DNA of 63,505 nucleotides, filler included, from Octopus bimaculoides (GCF_001194135.2; 6 parts of 6 records of this genome joined end to end with filler, not necessarily neighbours in it); one strand, 5' to 3'; shown: positions 1-12,650, counted from the whole stretch's first letter. The notes: generated from the letters alone by a model not told the origin. Numbers and translations are program-made.

Positions 1-517
1 ACACACACACACACTCACACACACACACACACACATATATATGTATATATATATATAATACAAATAATAAATGAGTATATGCATATATACATACATGTAT
101 GTACATACTTACATCTACCTGTATATATAGATGCATATCTGGGTACAGGACATTGTAAACAAAGCGTAGACAAAATGATAAACGAGTACAGAAAACACAC
201 AGGCCACATAGAGAACATCTCTTTCATCAGCTGCCCCCATTCTAACACAGGCGTTTCGAAGAGTAGGGCAGACGCATCGTTAAAACGGCTCTTCATTTTC
301 TGTCTACAAAGCCTGTGTGTATGAGTTCTTTCATACGTTATATTGTTATTTTATGCTCGTTAAGTAAACGACAGAAGCTCGATCTAGCTAATAACGTAAG
401 AGTGTAGTTTAGTTATTCCTCGTCGCTAATACTTTAACCTCACAAAATCCACCCAGCAGAAACAAAATGGTTCCATCCAAAATTTCGAAATAGTAATTAT
501 CATTTAGCATTATTATT

Positions 518-1345
518 GAGTGAGAGAGCAGTGCATGCCATCAGTGACACTGGGGTAAAATATACGAAGCCCAGTATACCCACCATGACTTTCTGTCTGA
601 TAAGGGTACAGTAAGCACATGCAGCACAACCATATGTACGTGACATGGAGATCTCATATCAAGATAAACAGCGCATGACCTTGCAAGTGGAGTCCAGTTA
701 GAATTTTCTTCAGGTTTGGTAGCTCATCCCGCTCAAAAGGTCCCTGATTAAAGGTTGTTTAAGGATGTCGAACGAAACAGTCATGCTTCCAGAGGTGAAT
801 TACTCAAATCCCGAAGAATTCCTCTCAACACATAACTATGATGCTTCCCTACTACTTCTATTGATTAGAAATGCACATATCGTCAGCCACTAAGGGAATG
901 CTCAACTGGTTAAGATCAAATATCTTCATGTAATACAGCACAAGCGTTTAAATTGATTGGGTTTTTTCTGAGGATGTGGACAGTACTTGTCAGCATAATC
1001 TTTTAGATTTCTCTCAGGCATGGCTCCCTTGGGATATTATCTAGATGTTTCTGACATCCCTTTCTTATCATACTTATGGTACCCACAATAACAGGAACAG
1101 TTCTTGCTTTAAGATGCCACATCCTTTGTATTTCAATTTCCATGTCCTTATATTTACATAATTTGTCAAATTCTTTTACATATATATTTTTATCAGTGAG
1201 AATACTTACATCTATTAGATTACAAGTATTTTCTTCCCTGTCTTTAATGACTATGTCTGGTCGATTAGCCTGGATCATTCTGTCGGTGTTGAATGGGAAA
1301 TCCCAGTCAATTAGTATTACATATGGAGAGAAATCACGCCATCAG
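518..1345 (-). mobile_element. 3' part of an RLE-type (R4/Dong-like) non-LTR retrotransposon: endonuclease domain plus about 480 bp 3' UTR, ending at (TAA)n
   Basis: ORF 1003-1278(-) reads DWDFPFNTDRMIQANRPDIVIKD..LIDVS..K..KY..PVIVG, the RPD/PD-(D/E)xK signature of restriction-like endonucleases; attattatt at 509-517; the UTR recurs at 13352-13520. Confidence 0.85.
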
Positions 1346-1900
1346 AGTTGCACATCAGAACGATAGGAATGATAGGAATTGTACATTGTATAAATATATA
1401 AAAAAGTGGATGACACGGCTAGATTTGCCTTTGATTATAGATATACTCGATCAGAACTGACCTAGTGTTAAATAGCAACAACAACAAGAATTATGACGAT
1501 GATGAAGATGATGGTGATGCTGCTGTTACTACTACTACTGCTGCTTCTGATGAAGGTGATGATGATGATGCTTTTTAAGCACCGAGGTCAACCCTAATTG
1601 AGCTGATCTAAGATCAAAAGCAATTCAGCTGTGACCATCCCTAATTTTCAGGGGCGTGTCTTGTTTTTCAAAATAGAACGGTAGGGTGTGATTTGCAGGA
1701 AATTTGATTTCTGCTTTTAGTAGACCAAGCGACCACGTTGGTTCATCATCAGTTCCTGTAACTCTTGTTCATTTTTTCCTCAATTGATACTAGGAGAGAT
1801 TACACTGAAGTGTTTCTCTTTGCCTTGTCCAGGCCCTGGAGGAATTTAATCTACTGATTAACTCTCAATGAATAACCACATGCGTTCGATTCCTAGTCTA

Positions 1901-3175
1901 CGAAGGTCGGCTGCAAGGTTCATAAGCTGACCAAGATACTCTCATGGGATGTGATCAAATGGGGTTTATTTTTTTAACATAGTCCTCCTTGCGAGCAATA
2001 CACTTCTACCATCGGCGTTGCAGTGCCTAGACCCCATCGGAGAAGAAGCTATCATCCTGTTGGTAAAAAAAGTCACCAACAGCTGATATGACGTTAGCAT
2101 CACTACGATACTGGTTTCCGGTCAAGTGTTTTTTCGTGATGGGGAACAGAACATTAGTCAGGTGGGGCCAAATTAGGTGAATAGGGAGGCTGATCAACCA
2201 GTTCAAAGCCACAGTCACGCAGATCAGCCATTGAAAGCAAGGACTTGTGTGCTTGGAGCATTGTCCTACTGAAACAAAACCGCTTTCCTCAGTTTTCCTG
2301 GGCGTTTGGTCTTGATAGCCCTTTCGTAGCGGCGTCAGCAAGTTGGCATAGTACTCCACATTAATGGTGTAACTTCTTTGAAGATAGTCAATAAACACAA
2401 TGTCTTTTGCATCCCCAAAAACTGAGGTCATCACTTTCCCTGCTGATAAAACGACCTAGGACTACTTTGGAGCAGGTGAGGAGGAATGCTTCCCCTGCAT
2501 GGATTGTTTCTTTGTCTCTAGCTCAAAGTGATGAACCCAACACTCATTCTGGCTTAGGAAACGCTCAAGGAAACCAGTTGGATCTGCTTCAGATAACGTT
2601 AGATTTTCTCGTGATGTGATCAGCCTGCTGCATTTTTGACCAAGTGTCAGAAGACGTGGCACCCACCGAGCAGAAACGTTTCTCATGCCAAGTTCATTGT
2701 GCAGAATATTCTCAACTCTATCATGGGATATGCTAATTGCATTAGCTATTTGATTTATAGTCAATCGTCATCCATCAGCCTGTGGTGAACACGATCATTG
2801 TTTTCCTCGGTGGTGGCAGTTGCAGGATGTCTAGATCTTGGGTCTTCTTCAAGACTCTCCGTTCCTCTCCTTAATTCAGCTGCACTGTTGATAAAGCTGG
2901 AGCGTCATTCCCTTATGTAGCAAACATGTCAGCATGAATCTCTTTGGAAGCTAAACCCCTTTTCTCTAGGAACTTGATAACTCCACGATGCCAAATTTTG
3001 TCGATTTTCAAGAGAAGCTGCAGCTAGTTACTTTTGAAGTCTTCTTTGAACAGTCAGATATCAGTTTACCTGGAAAGAAACAATGCAGCTATTAATAAGA
3101 AAGGTTGAAATTAATGCATGCAAGATTTCACAGCCCTAGCATCACTCAACCTATGAACTTTTCAGCCGACCCGCG
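1901..3175 (-). mobile_element. Full-length degenerate mariner transposon (about 1.28 kb)
   Basis: TIRs cgaaggtcggctgcaaggttcata and tatgaacttttcagccgacccgcg, TA on both flanks; peptides VSARWVPRLLT, ECWVHHFELETKKQS, VFGDAKDIVFIDYL; frameshifted. Confidence 0.92.
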
Positions 3176-3907
3176 TAAGCTCTTTTCTTCTATGTAATTA
3201 ATATTTTTGTGAAACATGCCAATACATTCCCATCTTGTCGTTTTCTGTGATATTTTCTGTATATTTAAGAAATAAAATCATCCTTTTTAGCAAGTTCATC
3301 AATTTTATTTTCTTTTTTTTTTGTTTTGTTTCGTGTAGATCATGTANNNNNNNNNNNNNNNNNNNNNNNNNNNNNNNNNNNNNNNNNNNNNNNNNNNNNN
3401 NNNNNNNNNNNNNNNNNNNNNNNNNNNNNNNNNNNNNNNNNNNNNNNNNNNNNNNNNNNNNNNNNNNNNNNNNNNNNNNNNNNNNNNNNNNNNNNNNNNN
3501 NNNNNNNNNNNNNNNNNNNNNNNNNNNNNNNNNNNNNNNNNNNNNNNNNNNNNNNNNNNNNNNNNNNNNNNNNNNNNNNNNNNNNNNNNNNNNNNNNNNN
3601 NNNNNNNNNNNNNNNNNNNNNNNNNNNNNNNNNNNNNNNNNNNNNNNNNNNNNNNNNNNNNNNNNNNNNNNNNNNNNNNNNNNNNNNNNNNNNNAAAATA
3701 GGCATTATTAAAAAATAAACGAAAAAAGAAAAGAAAATCGAGTAAAGGGGTGCTGATGTAGAGAATAATTTCAGAGTCAGAAAAAAAATGATAGAAACTT
3801 AGGAATATAAGAAACTATCAGCTGTACCCTGCCTTCCCTTGGTTTATTTTAGTGCCTAAATATAGACATACGGGGAATTCACTATAAAAACAGACGAATT
3901 CACTATA

Positions 3908-4131
3908 CAGTAATCCCTCGTCTATCGCGGGTGTTACGTTCCAAAACCCCCCGCGATAGGTGAAAATCCGTGAAGTAGAGACAGTACTGTAATGTATATA
4001 TCTATTTTATTATTTTTATAATTTGTATATATTTATTTTATTATAAATGCAAAACAACACCGCAGAGGAATCGGCATATGTTTAAATAATAAACCGCGAT
4101 AGGTGAACCACAATATGGCGAGGGATTATTG
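3908..4131. mobile_element. Tigger/pogo-like MITE
   Basis: TIRs cagtaatccctcg and cgagggattattg, TA on left flank, repeated subterminal ccgcgataggtgaa. Confidence 0.75.
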
Positions 4132-4867
4132 TGTTTTGGATAAATTGCTTTAAAAGTTGCCCAACATTTTCTTGCTGGCCGAAAATGTTGGTCCATTCAA
4201 AACTGTCATAACCAAGAATTTCAGATGGTTCATGTCTTAGCGTCATAAAAATGCGGCACAACAGAAAGCAAACAAATATAGAATCAAAAGGTCACATGGC
4301 ATATGACCTTCTCTTTGAAAAGATGTATTCCTCTGCAAAATTTTAGCTATCTAGATGCAAAAACTGCGGCCTACAACCCCGAACATGCATATACAAATAC
4401 ATACATACACATACATTACATACACACAGCAAGTCATACATTTTTTATATATTGAAATGATTTCTGTATTCGTGTGACGATTGAACCGATTAGAAGTTAA
4501 TGTCATTGAATTGACCAGGAAAAAAACAAAAAACTGCCAAAAACTAAGACTAAAAATTTACAAAATATATTGTTTCTAATAATGTAAAATGAATGAAGGA
4601 AGGAAGTGGTTTTAAAAGTTTTAAATTGATGCAAGATTCGTAAGATAGATAGCTCCAAATGTTTAGTCTTTGGATGACATTTCGGATTCGTGCAATCTGT
4701 TATGGGCTCGATTAAAAAAAAAACCAACACGCATTTCAACTTTTACTAAATGTATAATCAAGTAAACAACTCATACACACACACATATATATATATACAT
4801 ACATATAGGCACGGAGACAGGCGCTAATTTTAAATGTAAAAATATTCTTTTATCTTTCTTTTTACAG

Positions 4868-4935
4868 TGACTGGTTTTCCGTTGTGGGGTGCTGTAATTG
4901 CAGTATGGTCCGTTAGCACATTCTACACCACTGTG
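4868..4935 (+). CDS. Internal coding exon of an SLC5 sodium:solute symporter (SMCT/NIS/SMVT-like, SLC5A8/A12/A5/A6 group)
   Basis: Pyrimidine-rich acceptor tttctttttacAG and donor GTAAGT; 68 nt, phase 1 in and phase 0 out; translates (V)TGFPLWGAVIAVWSVSTFYTTV, matching SLC5A8 [23 protein letters not shown], which is followed by GGLKAV in the next exon. Confidence 0.85.
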
Positions 4936-5152
4936 GTAAGTAAATAATTGCTAGATTCTGATTTAATTTGCATCTTTCACATCATTTGTAATGCTAAGTT
5001 CAAATCCCTTCCGGAGTTGATAAAATAAGCACAAGTACCCATAAAATATGTAGCTTTGTACTATCGTTAGAGCTTTGTCCCAGTCCTTTGCATTCTCAGT
5101 CTAAATATTTCATGGCTCCGTAAATCTTGGGCTTCTCAAGCCAATAAACGAA

Positions 5153-5227
<75 letters not shown>

Positions 5228-5333
5228 TATTTATTTGTTTGTTTATTTGTCTTTGCTTACACGTTTACAATTTTGTGCATATATACAAATGTGCATACAT
5301 ACATATATACATACATACATGCATATATATATA

Positions 5334-5433
5334 NNNNNNNNNNNNNNNNNNNNNNNNNNNNNNNNNNNNNNNNNNNNTTAATTAATTAANNNNNNNNNNN
5401 NNNNNNNNNNNNNNNNNNNNNNNNNNNNNNNNN
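5334..5433. other. Assembly placeholder: N44-TTAATTAATTAA-N44 (the 12-mer also at 34403, 42561, 60779, 62092)
   Basis: Identical palindromic 12-mer with stops in all six frames, always in the middle of an N run. Confidence 0.95.
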
Positions 5434-6964
5434 TATATATAGGTTTTGTATTAGTTTCAAAATTTTTTATATATAAATATTTGAAGAGTTCTTTACTGTC
5501 AGTTAGTAGTATGGCTTGTCTATAAGAATCACGGAGATAGTCTTGATAAAATTTCGATTGCTTCTGAACTTATTTTAGTACGAAGTTTTGAAGAGAGAGT
5601 TAGAAAGAGAAAGACAATTTACAGAGGCATGTGTAGGAAAGGTTTTTAAGGACAATATAATAAATAGTGTGTTTAGTTTCTAAAAAATGCAATTAAAGTT
5701 ATAAGCTCTGAAATCCTCTTTTCCGTAAAGCAGCAGTTTATTTTGTCTACAAAATATATTATTCCAGACATTCGTTTTCTAGTTTAGTCAAATTCTGCTT
5801 ATCATTATGAAATAATTATATATATATAGTTTATGAATTATTATATATTTCTTTAACAAAATCTACTCAGGTTTCCGCTGCGTGTATATTATACACAGAA
5901 GAAGCGCTGAGGAAATATTTTTGCTTTTTACATTTTTGAAATAGAATTCTTATAGCATAATTTAAAGTTTTATCAGATCTCTCTCGTTGTCGGCAACTTA
6001 ACCGACTCCACCTTTTGCTAAAATACGTTTGTTTACTTTCGCGCTAAGAAAAGCAAGTTTCTTTTCCAAAAAACCTAAACTTTATGATGAAGTAAAGAAC
6101 AATTCGATTCTCACGTTGTCGTTAGCGACGTCTCATTTAGTAATGAAACACACGATTAGCAAACCGACCCTCTAGCTAGATTTAAAGCTTTTATTCATGT
6201 ATGTTTTTGTACGTGTGTGTGTGTGTGAGTGAGAGAGAGTAAGTGTCAGAGAGTGAGTGTCGTGTGTGTGTATATGTGCGCGCACGTATCTGTCAGTGTG
6301 TGTGCGTAACTTTATGATACGAGCCTATCTTTACCTTCATGCAAGTCCCTCTATGCCTGTGTGTATACGCGCGTGTATATTCACATCCATTTAGTTTTAC
6401 TTCCAATGTCCCTTTCGATGTGTGTGTGTTTTGGATAATTTCCAAATTGTTATTTTTTCATCTCCTTTCATTTAATATGAAACAAATTGCAATATTGTAA
6501 ATAAATGAAAGGATAATGTAAATAACTTTATTTTTTGGTATTCAATCCTTAAACTATTTTTTGGGTAAGCACATAATCTTTGCCAAAAGAATGGCAACCT
6601 TATTCGTCTTCATCTTATTGAATAACTACTAATAGAAACCCAGTTTCTTGTTATATCTTTAGATCCCCACGGAAGCCTCATCAGTAGTGTTAAGAGAGAA
6701 ACGGTGATACAAAGTGGAAAGAGAAAAAGGAGAAAGTTAAATGTAAAGACAAGATGTGAACAGAAAGAAAAAAAGAAGGGTGGGTGAAGGGGTGAGAAAG
6801 TGGAAGAAAGGAAGGGGAGATAGAGAAAGATGGAGAAAAGAAAAGTAGAGGGGGGGAAGAAAGGGTAAATATTGTAGCATTGAGAGGAAAGTAATATGAA
6901 GGTGAACGAAGGGGGAGTACACGAGAAGAAAGAATTTATGAGGCTAGAGAAAGACTAAGAGATG

Positions 6965-7005
<41 letters not shown>

Positions 7006-7680
7006 NNNNNNNNNNNNNNNNNNNNNNNNNNNNNNNNNNNNNNNNNNNNNNNNNNNNNNNNNNNNNNNNNNNNNNATATATTTAGAGAGAGAGAGAGAGA
7101 GAGAGAGAGATAGTGCGTGTGTTACTAAACAATTAGCTCACACATCTTTTCAGACGATTCCATTATAACTGCAATGAAATCATTGCATCGTTTTATCCAA
7201 CTGAAAGTTTAGTCGACCTTCTCTCCATCTCCAACTCCCTATGCTTCATTGATTTAATCTTTACCGTATTCTTTAGTTTTTCCTCCAATTCGTTCTGTGT
7301 GCCAACGTTTGCTAGCCTTGTTTCTGAAGTTGGGTTTCGGCTTAGAGTTTTATATTCCTGTTCCCCTTATAAATAATCTCTCTTAACCCTTTCCACCCCT
7401 AAACCCGTATACCGCACGTCTGTCTGTTCCTCTGTCGTCTGCACTATTAATATTTTACGGTCTAATTTTGTTTACGTTCACAAAACGGGTATTGCGTTTG
7501 TAATTCTACACTTTGAATGTAAAATTGATTACACATGAAAGTTTTATGAACACAATCACCATAAAACATTTGAGGGATTAATTTCGTTTTCAGACAAAAA
7601 TTTAAAAAAAGCGCTCTTGATATTAGAAAAAATAACGAACTATTCATTTTTTTTTTACTGACTTTAATGTAAATAAGTCT

Positions 7681-7861
7681 TTCTATTATAGGCACAAAAC
7701 CTGAAATTTGGTGGAAGGGGGTTAGTTGATTACATTGATCCTAGTGCTCGACTGGTTCTTTTTTATCGACTCCGAAAATTGTCTCCGGCAGAATTTGAGC
7801 TCGGAACGTAAAGGGTCGGGAGAAATGGCGCTAAATATTTTACCCGACGCGCCAGCTCACC
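7681..7861 (-). mobile_element. tRNA-derived SINE, family A (degenerate)
   Basis: Homologous to copies at 15781, 17401, 19581 and 54712 (gctggcagaatcg A-box region, gagttcaaattc B-box, ggggtcgataaa core). Confidence 0.7.
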
Positions 7862-8504
7862 ACTTTTTTAATGTAAATAACTGAATTTCATTTGTTTGTG
7901 GAAGTAAAATAGACAATCATACACTGTCAGTCTCAACTACTCGTAATTAAAACAAAAACTCTTGACTGTAAAGTAGAAATATGATGTAGTAAACCAAGAA
8001 CATTTTAAATCAAATTAAATTACACGCTTAATGATGATGGCGATAATCATTATCTAAATTGACTTTCTGATTCAGAAGATGGTGACGAGAGTTATTTTAG
8101 TTTTCTTCCAAGAAAACAAAAAGAAGGAAAAGTTGTCGATGACAAACACGTGAATAAACAATGATGTATGTGTCTGGAAGAATGCATTAAAAACTAGAAA
8201 AAGGTGGAAATTGACAACAATTAAGAAACTTTCTTTTATAGCAAATAGCTGGCGACAAAATTCTAAACATACCGAAATTTGCTGAAATAATAATAATAAT
8301 AATAATAATATAGAAAGGATTGAGGTAACTCCTCCTGAAGATATATCGTCAAAATTAAAAGAAGAGTGCCATTTGCTATCTTGTGAACAATATTTCGACA
8401 TCTTGCGTGTTCACAAGATAGCAAATGGCACTCTTCTTTTAATTNNNNNNNNNNNNNNNNNNNNNNNNNNNNNNNNNNNNNNNNNNNNNNNNNNNNNNNN
8501 NNNN

Positions 8505-8605
8505 CTATCGGTCTCTTTTGCCGAACCGCTAAGTTACGGAGACGTAAACACACTAGCATCGGTTGTCAAGCGATGTTGGGGGGACAAACACAGACGCACA
8601 AACAT

Positions 8606-8638
<33 letters not shown>

Positions 8639-8798
8639 CATATATACGACGGGCTTCTTTCAGTTTCCGTCTACCAAATCCACTCACAATGCTTTGGTCG
8701 GCCCGAGGCTATAGTAGAAGACACTTGCCCAAGGTGCCACGTAGTGGGACTGAACCCAGAACCATGTGGTTGGTAAGCAAGCTACTTACCACACAGCC
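8505..8798 (-). mobile_element. tRNA-derived CORE-like SINE, family B
   Basis: Head ggctgtgtggtaag..gggttcagtcccact, accttgggcaagtgtc core, internal (CA)n; high identity to 57404-57786. Confidence 0.85.
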
Positions 8799-9468
8799 AA
8801 ATAATGATGATGATGATGACGATGATGATGTACCAGACAATGGCTCTCATGGCTTCTGATCTTAACTGATTAGAAGTGTTGGTATTAAAGATGGGCTACA
8901 GCAAATATTCTGCTCAGTACCACAATTTACTAATTCATTTGAAATGTGAATTTAATTCTTTTATTCCGCAATATAATGTGTTGCTTTACTGGGATCTATT
9001 TTAATGATCGTCGTCGTCGAGATTGTGACGGTCGTCATCACCATCCACCTCCTCCCCACCTCCTCCTCCTCCCCACCTCCTCCTCCTCCNNNNNNNNNNN
9101 NNNNNNNNNNNNNNNNNNNNNNNNNNNNNNNNNNNNNNNNNNNNNNNNNNNNNNNNNNNNNNNNNNNNNNNNNNNNNNNNNNNNNNNNNNNNNNNNNNNN
9201 NNNNNNNNNNNNNNNNNNNNNNNNNNNNNNNNNNNNNNNNNNNNNNNNNNNNNNNNNNNNNNNNNNNNNNNNNNNNNNNNNNNNNNNNNNNNNNNNNNNN
9301 NNNNNNNNNNNNNNNNNNNNNNNNNNNNNNNNNNNNNNNNNNNNNNNNNNNNNNNNNNNNNNNNNNNNNNNNNNNNNNNNNNNNNNNNNNNNNNNNNNNN
9401 NNNNNNACCACCACCACCACCAACAACAACTGAAACTGAAACAACAGTTTAGATGAGAACAGGACGCG

Positions 9469-9529
<61 letters not shown>

Positions 9530-10037
9530 CAGTGAATCCCTCCTACACAGCTCCTTTCAACCGGGACATGCTTGTCACCAAAAACGAACGATGACATTCT
9601 AAGAAGCTAAAGAGCTAAAATGGTGTCCATGTCACGTCTTATTCAAACATGATTCAAATTTGATTCGTCACTTTCAAACCAAATGACACATTATTGATGT
9701 TGTTTTGGACTATATCAGCCCAGGTCCTGCAGGCATATGATGAAAGGCGCACGAGGGTGACTACTGTTTGTTTTTCAAGCATTGTCTAGGGTTACGTCAT
9801 CCTTTGTAACTTTCCTTGTTATAGAAGAAGTTTTGGCTACTGTTTCTGGCAGGTCATACGGAGACGTAAGACCATCAATCCATTGGTTTGTTGAATTACA
9901 TGTTATTTTCAAGTCCATATACGAGATAAACCTATAATGATACCACCACCTAAGAGAGAATTAAAAAGTTCACTTAGAGTCTTGTATGATATGCTATGCT
10001 ATGTATGTATGTATGTATGTATGTATGTATGTATGTA

Positions 10038-10069
<32 letters not shown>

Positions 10070-10169
10070 GCATATATACATACCTATATATGTATATACA
10101 TACATACGTACATAGATATATACACATACATGAGAGAAACAGAAAATGGAATTCACGAGATTCTTTATC

Positions 10170-10280
10170 AATCATTACGATCGTTTCAACCCATTGTGCA
10201 CCAGTGCCTCGCGGGTGAGATGCTGTACAAACACCTGTGGTGCATCGTAGGTGCGTGCGGATGCGTCTCATCAGGTGACT
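10170..10280 (-). ncRNA. Type I hammerhead ribozyme fold with long stem II (PLE-terminus type)
   Basis: agtcac CTGATGA gacgcat..66 nt..atgggtt GAAA C gatc GTA atgatt; palindromic stem III ACGATCGT; GUA site; stem I 5 bp with a mismatch at 1.1-2.1. Confidence 0.6.
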
Positions 10281-10491
10281 TGTCTTTTCATTTCCATTTC
10301 GCTTATTCCCATTAGAATATATTTTGGTAATGAACAGGCTTTAAACAGCATACTACAAGGCCTCCACCCGGCAATAAAATTATTACTTATACACACACAC
10401 ACACACACACACTCTCTCTCTCACATACATACATACATACATACATACATACATACATACATACATACATACATACATAAAGGTCTTCCAT

Positions 10492-11095
10492 AAAGGTTTT
10501 CCTTCTCACTAATCTTTGGAGAGACATTCACGTCCGTTGGGCAGCTGATCACTAAAAAGATGTACGACTTATGTGCCCTCTCGCATTCAACTGTATCTGG
10601 TCTGATATGCTTACACCTAATTTCTACTTTTTATTGGAATGTTCCAATACTATTCCTTATTTTTTAAGGTGTAGATACTTTCTGGTTCTGGTATGCTTTT
10701 GGTATGCCCTTTAGGAAAATTCTTCCTGCATATAGCATTGTTGACCGTCTTAGTGACAATGCCATGTCCTATGGGGAGGGAGTAGCTTGTGGACATTTGT
10801 GAGCAGCTACTTATGACCTTCCACGGTGCTATGGCAGAACCCCCACTTTCTTTCACAAAGTGGAAATTTAGAGGCATCCCTATCTTTTTTGTTGATCAAA
10901 TATTTTGTAGCTGTCTCCTGTTCTTGAACGGCTAAGGCATAGCATTCTAGAAGCTGCTATCCCTGTCAATGTTGCTGGGATTCCCCTGCATGTGGAACAG
11001 TACCTATACATAACTTGATGCTGTTATGTTGAATATTTCTCTTTCACGTATTTCCTCCTGTAGGTCAGCTCTTGTATCACACGGAACAGCCGGAC
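10492..11095 (-). mobile_element. Degenerate RLE-type (R4/Dong-like) LINE fragment: zinc knuckle plus endonuclease
   Basis: Across frameshifts: LECYALAVQEQETATKYLINK..., VISSCSQMSTSYSLPIGHGIVTKTVNNAIC, YWNIPIK, KHIRPD..ISCPTDVNVSPKISEKENLYG. Confidence 0.7.
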
Positions 11096-12047
11096 ACTCA
11101 GAATACTTGTTCAGACGTTTTTCGCCTTATCTCATGGTGTTATTCAACCCTCATTATTGAATATACACGATATGAGTTTAAAAAAACAACTTAAAAGCAT
11201 TTTGTGTTTCCTCCTCTAATTCATGAATCACTGTTCTGCATCGAATTATAAACTATATAAGTCATTACTGATATAGTTAGAAAACCACGAGATTCCATTT
11301 ATGTTTGAAACACCATAAACTATAATACTCGAGCATCATCTGTGTGTGTGCGTGTGTGCGTGCGTGCGTGTGTGTGAGTGTGTGTGTGTGTGTGTGTGTG
11401 CGTGCGTGCGTGCATGCGTGTGCGTGTGTGCGCGTATTAAAACTAGCACTTCAAAATTTCATAGTTCCGATCTTCGAACGAAATCTGAAGAAGGAAACAA
11501 AACTGTTGATATAAATAATTACATACCGAAAGCAAAAATGAAGCATTTGATTGGAAGCATGTATAAAGAGAAAATCAAATAAATGGATAAAGAGTATTTG
11601 ATTGGATTCATGTGTAAAATTAAAATCAACTAACAATCAAATGGATAATAAAAATAATTGATATGGATTTGTAATTCAATCATATTAATTGCAGGCAACT
11701 TTATCTATAGCCGTTCAGAAAGCATTGTTGACGAAGTGGAACAGTGAAAAAGAGTGTAACCGAAAGTATAGTGAGAAACGATATCGCTAGCTTTCAAAAC
11801 GTACTCAAAACTCTTCCTCCATTCACAATCACAAGACATATAAAAGAAATTCTACATCGCAACAGGAAAACAAAAGAAAAATGTGCAAAAATAAGCAAGT
11901 TGGAAATCAGAAATGAAAATGAAAACAATTTGTTATGAATTGCTCGTTGAATATTTTGCTATCGTGAATAACCTTTCGATTTATGCAAACAATTATAAGC
12001 AACATCATTTCTCCAATTCAAGCTGTTCAGGTTCTGTGATGCTATTT

Positions 12048-12245
12048 AAATGTACTTGCATAGCAAGCGACCTGATCTGAGATCGTGTATTGGAACGAAA
12101 ACAAATGCAGCGTGGAAGGTGTTTATAAGCCATTTATGAAACACAAAAACCGTTTGATTCATCTCAAAATTTAAATTTAATTTGCCAAAATATTTTCGTC
12201 GCTTTGAGACCGCGACCTGTTCACTGAGAAAATTCCGGAAAAATG
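12048..12245 (-). repeat. Dispersed repeat (likely PLE terminal repeat) carrying a variant hammerhead
   Basis: Same sequence recurs twice at 28153-28346; HHR fold at 12181-12231. Confidence 0.65.
12181..12231 (-). ncRNA. Minimal type I hammerhead fold with G3:C8 swapped core (GUGAACA)
   Basis: tttctca GTGAACA g gtcgc ggtctcaaa gcgac GAAA atatt T tggcaaa: perfect 5-bp stem II, palindromic stem III AATATT, stem I 6 of 7 pairs (one G:U). Confidence 0.6.
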
Positions 12246-12287
12246 TAATTGTCATTAAATGCGACAAAGGGCAATATGTGTGTAATG

Positions 12288-12318
<31 letters not shown>

Positions 12319-12544
12319 TTTNNNNNNNNNNNNNNNNNNNNNNNNNNNNNNNNNNNNNNNNNNNNNNNNNNNNNNNNNNNNNNNNNNNNNNNNNNNNNNN
12401 NNNNNNNNNNNNNNNNNNNNNNNNNNNNNNNNNNNNNNNNNNNNNNNNNNNNNNNNNNNNNNNNNNNNNNNNNNNNNNNNNNNNNNNNNNNNNNNNNNNN
12501 NNNNNNNNNNNNNNNNNNNNNNNNNNNNNNNNNNNNNNNNNNNN

Positions 12545-12587
<43 letters not shown>

Positions 12588-12650
12588 GTAGATATATACA
12601 TATATAAATATATATGTATGTGTATATATATGTGTGTGTGTGTGTCTATG

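Noticed and set aside
5378-5389. TTAATTAATTAA recurring five times as a biological repeat or CRISPR-like unit
   Set aside because: Always centred in N runs (44 N each side where counted) and encodes stops in six frames; it is an assembly linker
6640-6690. CTGATGAG on the minus strand with a downstream GAAAC
   Set aside because: No stem II closing onto GAAA and no stem I
11480-11550. CTGAAGAAGG...CCGAAAG as a hammerhead
   Set aside because: Only 2 bp of stem II; no valid stem III or NUH
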